In this document: piece after piece, positions 1 through 10,369 of the stretch
Position numbering within the stretch: position 1 is the first letter of the stretch
How the letters are laid out: every line of letters begins with the position of its first letter
Assembly (NCBI GenBank): GCA_964542645.1
Contig: CAZIUG010000008.1
Span: 17,848-81,847, forward strand
DNA: 64,000 nt
Direction of reading: 5' to 3'
DNA from: an uncultured Opitutales bacterium
GTDB lineage: Bacteria; Verrucomicrobiota; Verrucomicrobiia; Opitutales; UBA2987
The notes under the pieces: generated by a model
Database searches by the model: none
What the model was told of the DNA's origin: nothing
What the model saw: the letters and a program-made list of their open reading frames with translations, nothing else
Program-made: the position numbers and the translations under genes

Positions 1-254
1 CATGCATGGAACTACCTATGCTATCGCTGCCGATATTTTGCAACGAGAAGGGAAGGTTTAACTTAAATATAATATGGATAAAAAAAACTGAACACCAATA
101 ACTTGAACCTTCAAATCTAATGATTGTCCAAAAAATCCGAGATTCCCAAAATCGTTTTCTCACGACGGGTTCCATTCGCAATACTGAGTATCCATTGCGC
201 AACTAAAGAAGTTAGATTAATAGCTTCTGGGTCCTATCCAGAAATATCCCAACA

Positions 255-1433
255 ATGAAAATCAAGTCAATAGAAGCATTTGAAGTCGATCTTTCAAGAG
301 GCCGAATAGACAGTACAGGGGAAAAGAAACAGACTGGATCCTACAAAATGAAGGATCGAGAACCGGCGAGCCCCATGGAATCTTATCCAGCCTACCATGG
401 GAAACGTTCCTCATGGGGACCGAAATGGCAATCTATGGCATGTATTGCCACAGCAGAAGATGGAACATTTGGAATTGGGTTATCAAACAATTCCGGTCCC
501 GTAGTACGGATCGTTAATGATCATTTTGCCTCCCACATTGTGGGCGGAGACTGCATGGCAACAGAAAAAGCGTTCGACATGCTCTGTCGTCTCGCTACCC
601 CCTACGGGGCCTACGGACTAAGCAGCTTTGCAATCAGTGCGGTTGATCTGGCTTTATGGGATCTAAAGGGCAAACTTCTCGAACGTCCCGTTTATGAACT
701 TCTAGGTGGCCCGCAGAAGGAGTCAATCCCGTGTTATGCAACGGGATTTGATCTTGAATGGTATATTGAGCTCGGCTTTCGCGCTGTAAAACTTCCTATG
801 CCGTTTGGACCCATGGATGGTCTAGACGGTCTAAAAAAGACGGAGGAATTGGTTGCAATAGCACGTCAACGCATTGGAGACAAAATCGAGTTAATGCTCG
901 ATTGCTGGATGGCTTTGGACGTGGAATATACTGTACGGCTGGCAGAGATCCTTAAACCATATCGCTTGAAATGGATTGAGGACTTTCTTCTACCTGAAGA
1001 TATGGAGGGTTTCGCTCGTGTGCGAGAACGCATACCTTGGCAGACTCTTGCAACTGGCGAGCATTGGTACCTGCCCCAGACTTTTTACACTGCAATGCGT
1101 CGAGGACTGGTTGATGTTTTTCAGCCGGATCTTCTCTGGTCAGGGGGAATTTCAGCGTGTGTACACATATGTCATATGGCCCGCTCAGCAGGTGTTTCGG
1201 TGATCCCTCATGGAGGCATGAATTGGCCATATGGGCAACACTTAGCATACGCCATGCCCGCAGTTCCCTTGGGAGAGCGATCAGGTGGAGTTTCCTCTCC
1301 GGGGGTAAAACTCGAAAATGTTGTGGCCATACCGGGAACCGCAGTCGTAAGAGGCGGTAATTTAATCCCTAGCGATGCCCCAGGGTTTGGGATCGAAGTG
1401 AATAAAAAGTGGTTAGATGCGATCTCGATTTAA
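255..1433 (+). CDS. Enolase-superfamily (mandelate racemase subgroup) dehydratase, L-rhamnonate dehydratase-like
   Basis: AISAVDLALWDLKGK, KLP motif (RhamD has KMP), metal ligands MLDCWM / WIEDF / TGEH, QPD and IPHGG. Overall similar to RhamD. Confidence 0.85.
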   Translation: MKIKSIEAFEVDLSRGRIDSTGEKKQTGSYKMKDREPASPMESYPAYHGKRSSWGPKWQSMACIATAEDGTFGIGLSNNSGPVVRIVNDHFASHIVGGDCMATEKAFDMLCRLATPYGAYGLSSFAISAVDLALWDLKGKLLERPVYELLGGPQKESIPCYATGFDLEWYIELGFRAVKLPMPFGPMDGLDGLKKTEELVAIARQRIGDKIELMLDCWMALDVEYTVRLAEILKPYRLKWIEDFLLPEDMEGFARVRERIPWQTLATGEHWYLPQTFYTAMRRGLVDVFQPDLLWSGGISACVHICHMARSAGVSVIPHGGMNWPYGQHLAYAMPAVPLGERSGGVSSPGVKLENVVAIPGTAVVRGGNLIPSDAPGFGIEVNKKWLDAISI

Positions 1434-1511
1434 TAAAGATTAAACGCCTCTAAACAGAAAACAAGACGTTAGATTCCTTCCAAGAAATCCGCTGGGTTTT
1501 TATTTTAAAAG

Positions 1512-2312
1512 TTAACCTTCGACCCAGTGCCGAAACAATCTTTTGGTGGCTTTCGGTAGATCATCATAGACATTACGCGGCACCAAGGGCTGGTCGTTTT
1601 CCATCGCCCCTGGTTCCTCCACCATCATTTCTCGTTCTTCCGATCCCGGTGCCAACACCCGTGTATTTAACCACCAAGGAGCATAGCGGATGACAACAGA
1701 TGCCCGTGACTCGTCCGAATAATTCGACGCTGTAGAATGCCAAATTCGACTATCCAACACAAGGACACTTCCAGCCTCACCTACAGCATGCATCTCCGTA
1801 GGATAAGGGGCCTCAGGATCGACACCAATGTTATCTGTGGGATTGCTCGGCCAACGGTGGCTTCCTGGAACGATCAGAGTGCCTCCGTTGTCCTTCGTGA
1901 ATGGAGAGAGCATCCACAAGGTCGTCAGATGCATAATCACGTCCGGATAGGGTGCAGAAATATGGCCAGCGTTGTTTTGATTAAAAGGCCAATCAGCATG
2001 CCATCTTCCACGGGGATTACCGGGATGATTGATAGTGGCAGTAATAAAAGAGACCTTCAGATATCGTCCTAACAAAGCTTCCAGAAGAACCATCAACTTC
2101 GGATCGGAAAGATAAGGGGAAAGCGACTGATCGTAGCGAATAAATCCAGGCACCTGTCCGATTCCTAATTTCGCAGCTTTGGCTCGCCCATGCTCAGCAG
2201 CGGATTGACAGACCTGATTCCGAATCGCATCTATCCTACCAGCTGGAATAACTCTAGGAACCACACTCCACCCATCGCGATGGATTCGATCTATGTGTTC
2301 CTGAATATTCAT
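1512..2312 (-). CDS. Phytanoyl-CoA dioxygenase (PhyH) family Fe(II)/2OG dioxygenase
   Basis: WHAD...NGGTLIVPGSH...IWHS facial triad and a downstream Arg. The ORF extends to 2360; the ATG at 2312 is preferred. Confidence 0.88.
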   Translation of the reverse strand: MNIQEHIDRIHRDGWSVVPRVIPAGRIDAIRNQVCQSAAEHGRAKAAKLGIGQVPGFIRYDQSLSPYLSDPKLMVLLEALLGRYLKVSFITATINHPGNPRGRWHADWPFNQNNAGHISAPYPDVIMHLTTLWMLSPFTKDNGGTLIVPGSHRWPSNPTDNIGVDPEAPYPTEMHAVGEAGSVLVLDSRIWHSTASNYSDESRASVVIRYAPWWLNTRVLAPGSEEREMMVEEPGAMENDQPLVPRNVYDDLPKATKRLFRHWVEG

Positions 2313-2679
2313 TGTTTCTTCATGACTGCTTTCAAATTCAAAAGCCTGAAGCGGTTTCATAAGTAGTTGTAAAGTGGCCTATTCATCTTCCACGATCTAG
2401 ATTAGATGGGCAGCAACTAAAACCAAAATACTCTAAACTAAGACAGTTTAATTTTACCATAAAAATTTGGCGAAAAACAAAAATCAAGGGGAATTAATAC
2501 TGCGCTAACAGCCCATCGCCACTACATGCCAGATGGAACTTTAACTTAGCCTGCAACTATTTAAATCAGCTCATCATGGAGTAGCTGAATTGTTTTTGAA
2601 TGATAACAAAATTAGTTTGAAAGTGTTCAGTAACTATCAAATTTTTGAGCAATAGGTCTTTTTGACGAATTCCATCTGT

Positions 2680-3450
2680 ATGACTTTAAATAATTCCAGA
2701 TCATCTCTAAATCGGCCCGAATCCTTCATTACTATTGCCCACCGTGGAGGTCTTGTCCCCGAATATCCTGAAAACACTATGATGGCCTTCCGTAAGACCA
2801 TTGAGACTGGGGCTGAAGTAATCGAAATTGACCTCCGGTCAACCAAAGATGCAGAAATCGTCGTTCTCCACGACTCAACCCTTAACCGAACAACCAGCGG
2901 CTCAGGTCCAATTACAGGAAAAACCCTGGCTGAAGTCAAAGATTTGGATGCAGGTGGAGGCGAGCAGGTACCCACACTCCAAGAAGTATTGGAGTTGATT
3001 GCAGGAACTGACATACAACTCCTACTTGATTTAAAGATCACCTCGCACCGAGAAGTCTGCAGGATCGTAAAACAAATAGAAAATCAGAGGTTAACCCTGA
3101 ACGTTATTCTAGCTACCAGATCGATAGACGAACTTGAAACCATTAAAAACTTAAACCCTAACCTTCGTACCTTGGGATTCATTCCTAACCAGAAAAGCAT
3201 TAAGATCTTTGCTGAAAAGGGAATCGACATCATAAGATTATTCCCAGATTGGATTCATAAGGATTCCACTCTGATTAATAGTACCCACACACTGGGTCGA
3301 CCCGTCTGGGCAATGTCGCTAACGGAAACCAAAGAAGCACTTGAAAAGTTGCTGCGTTACGGCGTTAACGGCGTCTTCACCGACTATCCGAAAATGGTTT
3401 CTGGATTGCGGCAAGAATTAAGGCAGAGTAGCCAAAATACTTTGGCATGA
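2680..3450 (+). CDS. Glycerophosphodiester phosphodiesterase (GDPD) family
   Basis: IAHRGG, PENTMMAF, IEIDL, VVLHD, GVNGVFTDYP. The ORF track starts at TTG 2662; the ATG at 2680 is preferred. Confidence 0.9.
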   Translation: MTLNNSRSSLNRPESFITIAHRGGLVPEYPENTMMAFRKTIETGAEVIEIDLRSTKDAEIVVLHDSTLNRTTSGSGPITGKTLAEVKDLDAGGGEQVPTLQEVLELIAGTDIQLLLDLKITSHREVCRIVKQIENQRLTLNVILATRSIDELETIKNLNPNLRTLGFIPNQKSIKIFAEKGIDIIRLFPDWIHKDSTLINSTHTLGRPVWAMSLTETKEALEKLLRYGVNGVFTDYPKMVSGLRQELRQSSQNTLA

Positions 3451-3467
3451 TTTCGGTAAAATTATCC

Positions 3468-4157
3468 CTATTGAGGCTTTCGAACATACCAGGATGGTAT
3501 TGGCAAATCCTCACAGAGGCAAACCGACTCCTTCTTCCTCGAAAAGAACTCGTCAACCGCCTTCTTCGCTCCGGGCCAATTCGGTGAGCCGTAATCGTCA
3601 AAGACAAAGACGCCTCCCGGCACGAGAGTATGGTAGAGAAGCTCGAGGCATTGTCCGTATGACACATATAAGTCACAGTCAAGATGGATGAAACAAAACT
3701 GTTCATTTGAGAACCGTTGAAGGGTTTCCGAAAAAAACCCCTTCACAATTTGCCCATTGACATTAAAGGATTCGGAAAATCGCTCTAATCGAGCAGGCGT
3801 ATCCTGACATAAACGATATTTTCGTCGAACTCGGCTCAGAATCCAATGAGTTCCTAGGTCAATCCTCCCCACCTTCTTCTTTGGAAAGCCTTCAAAACTG
3901 TCACACGCATAGATCCTCTTACCAGGGGAGGTTTCAGCCACAGCCCGACAGATCATTTGAAATGAATTACCTCGGTACACCCCGCATTCGATTACATCTC
4001 CCGGAAGATGGAGAGTCGATTCTAGCAAACTAATCATCGAGTCTTTTCGGCCTGCTTGGAGTAGAATCTCCCAATACGAAGATCGCCCGTATTCCGATTG
4101 GAGTAATCGGTCTACCCTTCGATCATTCTCCAACTTTCTTTTATCGTGTCTCCTCAC
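3468..4157 (-). CDS. TylF/MycF/NovP-family SAM-dependent O-methyltransferase
   Basis: GDVIECGVYRGNS, CDSFEGFP, HLDCDLY, LVPGGVFVFDDY. Confidence 0.85.
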   Translation of the reverse strand: MRRHDKRKLENDRRVDRLLQSEYGRSSYWEILLQAGRKDSMISLLESTLHLPGDVIECGVYRGNSFQMICRAVAETSPGKRIYACDSFEGFPKKKVGRIDLGTHWILSRVRRKYRLCQDTPARLERFSESFNVNGQIVKGFFSETLQRFSNEQFCFIHLDCDLYVSYGQCLELLYHTLVPGGVFVFDDYGSPNWPGAKKAVDEFFSRKKESVCLCEDLPIPSWYVRKPQ

Positions 4158-4368
4158 AGATAGTTAAATTTCGCTGATTTTGTTATGGGGTGGATAATGT
4201 AATTCTCCCTAGTATTCTAAAGACGCAAGTTAATAAACATCACATTTTAATTAACTATCCGAACATGCTTTATTACGAGATATTCTGAATAACGTTACGG
4301 CAATTCTTTTTGGTTTTCAGTTCTCTAAACTCGACTCACAACATATCCGACATCAAGATGCCTGGAGG

Positions 4369-7218
4369 ATGAAAAAATCGAATCTGTTCGATGTAGACTA
4401 CAGAAGATTAGTCTCACGGGCCGACGTAATCTACCACAGCCCTGCAGAGGTATCCATCGAAGGAACCCCTATTGGCAACGGCTGCATGGGAACAACGGTT
4501 TGGACTACGCCAAGATCCATCCGATTCCAAATTAACCGTAACGATCTCTTTTCTTCAGACAGAAATCATGCTGGATCCCACGGATGTCCGGTTGACTATA
4601 GAGGTCCATGTTCCCGCCTTGAAGTTGATTTCGGTGAATCGATTTTCAATAAAGCAAAATCCTTTTGCCAACGCCTTTCCATCTACGACGCCAATTGCAC
4701 AATCGAAGGTGACGATGTTCGTGTCCAATGCTTCGTTTCCTCGGAACGGGACGTCTTAGTCCTAGAAGTCGAAGATCAGCGGTCAATACCCAAGGATATT
4801 ACGGTCACAATATCGATGTGGCGGCCACCGAAAGTGATAACACCGCTTTATCTTTGGCCTTCAAACACTTGGGTGTCCGAAGAAATTGATACAGGAACTC
4901 ACACTGCACGGTACCAATTCAGCGAATTGGAAGACATAATCCTCGTAGAACAAAATTTTCATGAGACTCGGAAGTTTCGTAATGAAGAGTACAACGGGGG
5001 ATCTTCAGTTGCCCTCCACGTAGGAGGAGGTGAAACCCGAATCGAAAACCCTGAAAAAGCAACCTGGCAATCGGATGATTTGCAATGGGATGAGAAACCG
5101 CTTCATGCCAAATTCCAACGTAAAAGAATTACTGAGGGTATACCTCAGGCCCGCTCCATAGTAGCAGCCTCAGGCCAGGGGAAAAGGACGATCCTTGTTT
5201 CAACCACAGCCTCAAACAGAAAGGAAGACGCTCTCAGTAAACGTTGCCTGTTAGAGCTTCATAACACAAAGATACGTTCCTATAACTCCCTTCGTGTTGA
5301 GCATACTAGGTGGTGGCATAATTTTTGGTCCCGTACATTTGTCCATATCACAAGCCAAGATGGCTTAGCTGATTTCATGGAACGAATTCGGGTATTACAT
5401 CTCTACTACTCAGCATCTTCATCCCGCGGCGATGTGCCTGTTCCTCAGGGAGCCGGTTTGATTTTTCAAACTGAGGGTGACATTCCACATCTCGGTACAC
5501 AACTCTGGCATTGGATCGTCGAGTCGATGTACCGCCCTCTTTTTGCCGCCGACGCAATGGACATTACAGATCCATATTTTAATATGTATTTAAAGCAATT
5601 ACCTCTCTGCGAAAAAGCAGCCCAACAGCGTTGGGGTGTCGCTGGGGGAGCATATTTTCCTGAGACTTCTCCAGTTGATGGACCTACCCACCTCCCCGAT
5701 GAAAACAGCGAAGAGTTCCGGAATTACTTCCTCGGTCGTACCAGAAGCGACACTTTATCTCCTCCGACCTTAGCCCTTTGTCAGCACGATTCACACCTCC
5801 ACAATATCTGCAAACACCATCGCGATAGTGAATCCCCTGGGGCAAATCCATATTGTTCTATTGGCCATATTGCTTCTACTGGGAGTAAGATTGCTCTCCA
5901 GGCCTGGTGGCGTTACCGTTGCACCGGGAACACCCACTGGCTTCGTGATAAGGGCTATCCTCTTCTTCGTGGGACAGTTGAATTCTATCGGCACCTGATA
6001 AAAAAAGGAACAGATGGACGGTACCATTTAGAAGGTACCAATGTTATGGAATCTTTCTTTCTCGTGAAAGACAGCCTCAAGGATTTAGCTGCAATACGCG
6101 GCACTTTTCCGCCCGCGATACGAGCTTCCATAATTCTTAACGAGGACGCAGATCTGCGTTCTGAATGGCAGGACATAATCGATAACCTAGCACCATTCCC
6201 AATGGGCCACGAGACGGAATCGAAAGCACTGACTTGGGGAACACTGAATGAAAACGTCTGGGCAGCTGGGCACTTTGACGGAGTTAATATCAACAGCCGC
6301 CATTACCCATATGAAGACATATGGGCCCATCCGATTGAGACCTTTGAAGCATGGACTATGGAGAACAACGATCCGGACAAAGATAGGATTGTACAACTTC
6401 TCATCGACTTATGCCCCAATCACCTGAAGATTATGTCTGGGAGACATTGGCTTCCATCTCTAGTCCGTACGCCGATTGCCTTTGCCATGGCGGGACGTGG
6501 AGAGGATTTACCCGCGATTCTTGCAGCTAATTTTTACGTTTACAGGCCGCACCTCGCTAACGGACTCAGTACATTTGAACAGGGTATACAGTCAATGGGC
6601 CTTGAGCATTCTGGCTTGATTACAATGACCCTTCAGATTGGCCTAATGCAAAGTATCTCACCGACACCAGGGGAACCTGAGATTATTAATGTCTTTCCTG
6701 CATGGCCACGAGAATGGGACGCTTCCTTCAGCTTACTCGCAAGGGGGGGATTCCTAGTTACGTCATCAATCCGTGGAGGCGTGATTGAATTCATTCAGAT
6801 TGAGTCCCGTTTCGGCGAGACTTGCCGACTACGCAACCCATGGAATAAACCGTGTCGAGTGTCAGAGGGTAAAAACCTGGGAGGGGAAAACCCAACAGAC
6901 AATCTCGAAGGAGAAATTCTCCTTTTTGAGACCAAGGAAGGTGAACTTTATGAGGTATCACCAATTAACGAACCAACACCTAAAACGAGAACCATTTCTC
7001 CCGAAAAAACTAATCACCCATATCATTACTCTTTCAAGCTTCCAAGTGGTGTATCCGTTGGGGGCAAAATTGGCCGAGGGAAAGATGAGCCTTCCAAGGG
7101 CCTTGGGGCGTATGTTACAGGAAATCGTAGATTTCGAATCGAACAGGAAATCGTCACCGAAATTGCTGATTCGTTCAACATAGACAGATATGAGCATTCA
7201 AATAACTCGCAAAGATAA
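4369..7218 (+). CDS. Large glycoside hydrolase-like protein, GH95/six-hairpin glycosidase-like
   Basis: N-terminal GTPIGNG motif, central YPLLRGTVEFY helix region, C-terminal VFPAWP...FSLLARGGFLVT...CRLRNPW. No signal peptide. Confidence 0.65.
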   Translation: MKKSNLFDVDYRRLVSRADVIYHSPAEVSIEGTPIGNGCMGTTVWTTPRSIRFQINRNDLFSSDRNHAGSHGCPVDYRGPCSRLEVDFGESIFNKAKSFCQRLSIYDANCTIEGDDVRVQCFVSSERDVLVLEVEDQRSIPKDITVTISMWRPPKVITPLYLWPSNTWVSEEIDTGTHTARYQFSELEDIILVEQNFHETRKFRNEEYNGGSSVALHVGGGETRIENPEKATWQSDDLQWDEKPLHAKFQRKRITEGIPQARSIVAASGQGKRTILVSTTASNRKEDALSKRCLLELHNTKIRSYNSLRVEHTRWWHNFWSRTFVHITSQDGLADFMERIRVLHLYYSASSSRGDVPVPQGAGLIFQTEGDIPHLGTQLWHWIVESMYRPLFAADAMDITDPYFNMYLKQLPLCEKAAQQRWGVAGGAYFPETSPVDGPTHLPDENSEEFRNYFLGRTRSDTLSPPTLALCQHDSHLHNICKHHRDSESPGANPYCSIGHIASTGSKIALQAWWRYRCTGNTHWLRDKGYPLLRGTVEFYRHLIKKGTDGRYHLEGTNVMESFFLVKDSLKDLAAIRGTFPPAIRASIILNEDADLRSEWQDIIDNLAPFPMGHETESKALTWGTLNENVWAAGHFDGVNINSRHYPYEDIWAHPIETFEAWTMENNDPDKDRIVQLLIDLCPNHLKIMSGRHWLPSLVRTPIAFAMAGRGEDLPAILAANFYVYRPHLANGLSTFEQGIQSMGLEHSGLITMTLQIGLMQSISPTPGEPEIINVFPAWPREWDASFSLLARGGFLVTSSIRGGVIEFIQIESRFGETCRLRNPWNKPCRVSEGKNLGGENPTDNLEGEILLFETKEGELYEVSPINEPTPKTRTISPEKTNHPYHYSFKLPSGVSVGGKIGRGKDEPSKGLGAYVTGNRRFRIEQEIVTEIADSFNIDRYEHSNNSQR

Positions 7219-7226
7219 AACCTAAA

Positions 7227-8324
7227 ATGAAAAAATATCGCGCCTCCGTTATCGGACTCGGCTGGATGGGAATGCTATACGATTTGGCTCCGCGCTCAAA
7301 AAAGCGCTTTCATATAGATGATGTCAATCGCCCGACCCCTACTCTCGATATCCACCGACACACTCATCACCGCATTCGTCCCAATAGAGAAGGAAATCCA
7401 ACCTCATATTGCGATGCCCTCCACAATTGCCCTAAAGTAGAGCTCATAAGCGCCGCCGATAGGGATCCAAAACGACTCAAGATTTTTACCCAACGATATG
7501 GAATAGACGCTACTTACACTAATGCCGAGCAAATGCTAAAGGAGCTCAAGCCGGAAATCGTCGCGGTGGCAACAAACACTAAGCATCGAGCAGATTTGAC
7601 GTGTTTGGCAGTCGAATGCGGAGCTAAAGCCATCATGACCGAGAAGCCCATGGCCCACACTCTAGAGGAAGTCGACCGAATGGTTAATACCTGCTCAGAA
7701 GCCTGCGTTCCGCTGAGTTGTGGCTCCATCAGCACTACCCACGCCTCCTTCGAAATAGCAAAGAGACTTCTTAGTAACGGTCATATTGGAAAATTGTTGT
7801 CCATCGAAACTGGCAACGTTTTTGCACAACACCAGAACTGGTCATACTTCCTAGATAAATTGCCCGAATGGGTGGTTGGAATCGGCGATGAACATCGCCG
7901 GGAGAGCGGTAGCAATGAATTCGTTGGCCAAGGATTTGCTTGGAGCAATGATTTTGCAGTTCATTTCCGAAAAGGTTCTAGCGGCGTCAGGATTACAGGC
8001 GATACAGGTGAATTGGTATTTGATTTTGAAAATGGTTGGAGGTTGTGGAAAGATGTCCAGACGGATAACAACACTCAAGGGAGAGCGCAACTTCCTTGGC
8101 CGAAGCCGAACTTCAATGTTCCCTACGGCGCTGTTTATTGCCTCGACGATCTACTTCGGTGTTTAGCCGGGGAACTCGACGAACCTAAAAATTCTGGGCG
8201 CCGTGTCGGAATCGCAATCGAAGTAGAACTCGCACTTAAGGAATCTTCTACTCAAGGCGGAACTCGCATAGATCTTCCCCTTCAAAACCGAGACCTGGGG
8301 CTGCACTATGATTGGTTCAGATGA
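7227..8324 (+). CDS. Gfo/Idh/MocA family oxidoreductase
   Basis: VIGLGWMG Rossmann motif and EKP motif. Starts 8 nt after the GH95-like gene. Confidence 0.85.
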   Translation: MKKYRASVIGLGWMGMLYDLAPRSKKRFHIDDVNRPTPTLDIHRHTHHRIRPNREGNPTSYCDALHNCPKVELISAADRDPKRLKIFTQRYGIDATYTNAEQMLKELKPEIVAVATNTKHRADLTCLAVECGAKAIMTEKPMAHTLEEVDRMVNTCSEACVPLSCGSISTTHASFEIAKRLLSNGHIGKLLSIETGNVFAQHQNWSYFLDKLPEWVVGIGDEHRRESGSNEFVGQGFAWSNDFAVHFRKGSSGVRITGDTGELVFDFENGWRLWKDVQTDNNTQGRAQLPWPKPNFNVPYGAVYCLDDLLRCLAGELDEPKNSGRRVGIAIEVELALKESSTQGGTRIDLPLQNRDLGLHYDWFR

Positions 8325-8544
8325 TCTTATATTGTACCCGGATACTTGAAACTCGACGATGGAATGCATTCGTCGAGCTCGATCTGGAATTCCATGCCGT
8401 TCTAAAGACCACGCCGTATTTACTTTGGTATGGGAACTCGTGCTCAACAAGAAGAGACATTGGGTTTCTTTATTGCATACTTCTGCTACCCTCCATTAAC
8501 GAGACCGGAATCTCGTAATCCTTAATCAAAGTCCACCTCAAGTA

Positions 8545-10143
8545 ATGAACCAAATATCCGATCGCCCAAAATTAATGTTCTATCACGATGGCCGACATCC
8601 GTTAATCTACATGTATGAGCCACCAATTCAAAAGGAGGAATATGAAGCTTCAGTCGACGAATTGGCTGGAACCAATATCGACGCAATTATGTTCTGCCTC
8701 GGGGACGGTCGTACAGTCCTACACGAAACCAAGGTAGGCGAGCTATGGGGCCACAATGTAGAAGGATGGCCGCATCCAATCTTTCGTCGTGCCCACCAGA
8801 ATGCTAAACATCTAATAGAAACCGGCTGTGATCCCCTTCGCATTGTTTCCAACCGAGCCCATCAAAAGGGGCTTGCATTTTATCCAACGCTACTTGTGCA
8901 ACAAGAGCGAGGCCCTCGCGAATCCGATGTCCGCTGTTCTGACTTTAGGTTTGATAACACTCACCTGGAAATTGGTGCCAAACCTGGAATAGAAAAAGAA
9001 TCCACAGCTTTTACTTGTTTGGATTTTATGCACGAAGATGTACGGCGAGAACGTCTCTCCCTAATTCAAGAAACGTTGTCTAACTACGATGTTGACGGTT
9101 TCGAACTCCAAATGAATTACACACCATACTATTTTCATCCGAATGAGATAGAAACAGGACGTCCTATACTAACTCATTGGATCGCAGAAGTACACGAAGC
9201 GGTTAAATCCAGCGGAACAAACCGAGAACTCGTAATTCGCATTCCAGCAAGTATTGAGGGCTGTTACAGTGTCGGAATGGACGTCGAAGCCTGGATTAAA
9301 GCTGAGATCGTAGAAGCACTCGTCGGCCAAACCTTCTCGGGCCCCGAACTAGTCAATTCAAATGCTGATTACAGCAATCTCGTGCAAATTGCGCAAGGAT
9401 CCAGTTGCCGCATCATCGGAGCTATCCAGTCCCATGTTGACTCCGATCGACTCGGAGAGGGACCCATCTCGATAACACGGGCCTGTGCCTCTAATTACTG
9501 GGCCCAGGGTATAGACGGACTCTACCTGGCACACTGGTTCGGTCTCTGGCCATACAAAGCTGAATTTTACGAAAAATTGCGCGAATTACCCCACCCTGAC
9601 ATCATGGCACCAAGGGATAAATTCTATTATGTACCTACCACAACTGGAAGATATCCAGAGCCCAAAACCGAACCCGGTATAGGAATAGAACTACCCGTAG
9701 AATTGGTAGTTGGAGAACCGAGTACCGTGAATGTTAACATAAGCGATGATCTAAAAAGGTGGGACAAAGTCGGACGCGTGCACGAAGTTATCTTCCGTAT
9801 ACGTCTCAATAATTGCACTGAGCTTGATCGCGTGGATTTTCTTCTCAATGGAGTTGAGCTTCCAAATTCCTCCCTACGCAAGATTAATGAGATGTATAGA
9901 ATGAGCCGACCACGTTACCGTGCTGGTTCAGCCTACTGGTTTGTCTATAGACTCGAAAATAACCATTGGCCAAAGATGGGGGGGAACCAATTGCAAATCA
10001 TCCTGCGCGAACGCGACCCAGAACTCACCGTTCCCTTAATCGCACGCGATGTAGAATTGGAAACTCGATATCTGATGGGGAAAAACTACCACCGCTCGTT
10101 TGTCGACGATGAACTGGGCCCCTTCGAAATGATAGGCTCGTGA
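8545..10143 (+). CDS. TIM-barrel glycoside hydrolase-like protein (GHL10/DUF187-like) with C-terminal beta domain
   Basis: CLDFMHEDVRRERL...YDVDGFEL pattern typical of family-10-like uncharacterised hydrolases; GIDGLYL. No signal peptide. Confidence 0.55.
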   Translation: MNQISDRPKLMFYHDGRHPLIYMYEPPIQKEEYEASVDELAGTNIDAIMFCLGDGRTVLHETKVGELWGHNVEGWPHPIFRRAHQNAKHLIETGCDPLRIVSNRAHQKGLAFYPTLLVQQERGPRESDVRCSDFRFDNTHLEIGAKPGIEKESTAFTCLDFMHEDVRRERLSLIQETLSNYDVDGFELQMNYTPYYFHPNEIETGRPILTHWIAEVHEAVKSSGTNRELVIRIPASIEGCYSVGMDVEAWIKAEIVEALVGQTFSGPELVNSNADYSNLVQIAQGSSCRIIGAIQSHVDSDRLGEGPISITRACASNYWAQGIDGLYLAHWFGLWPYKAEFYEKLRELPHPDIMAPRDKFYYVPTTTGRYPEPKTEPGIGIELPVELVVGEPSTVNVNISDDLKRWDKVGRVHEVIFRIRLNNCTELDRVDFLLNGVELPNSSLRKINEMYRMSRPRYRAGSAYWFVYRLENNHWPKMGGNQLQIILRERDPELTVPLIARDVELETRYLMGKNYHRSFVDDELGPFEMIGS

Positions 10144-10369
10144 TAGCATTATCGAGCTTATCTATTCAACAGCACTCCATTTGGCACATATAACAACTTT
10201 TCCCTTTTAATTAGCCTAATCCGTTAAATCTTTTCGTCATATATTTTTGTCATAATAAATTGCAGCTTCGATTTCCTTTCAGGAACCTTCGTTCGACTAT
10301 AACTTATACTGAAAGCAAATTCTTATTTATGAACTCGCTTTTAAAGAGAGTTCTTCCAGGCTCAAAAGC

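Noticed and set aside
2-61. Possible 3' end of an upstream gene (frame reading ..HGTTYAIAADILQREGKV*)
   Set aside because: Too short to assign a frame or family with confidence.
8312-8518. 68-aa ORF and imperfect hairpins (CTCGACGA...TCGTCGAG near 8352-8377; ACGAGA...TCTCGT near 8499-8516) in the gap after the Gfo gene
   Set aside because: The ORF overlaps the upstream stop and has no recognisable motif or RBS. The stems are short, lack a U-tract and match no RNA family I recognise.
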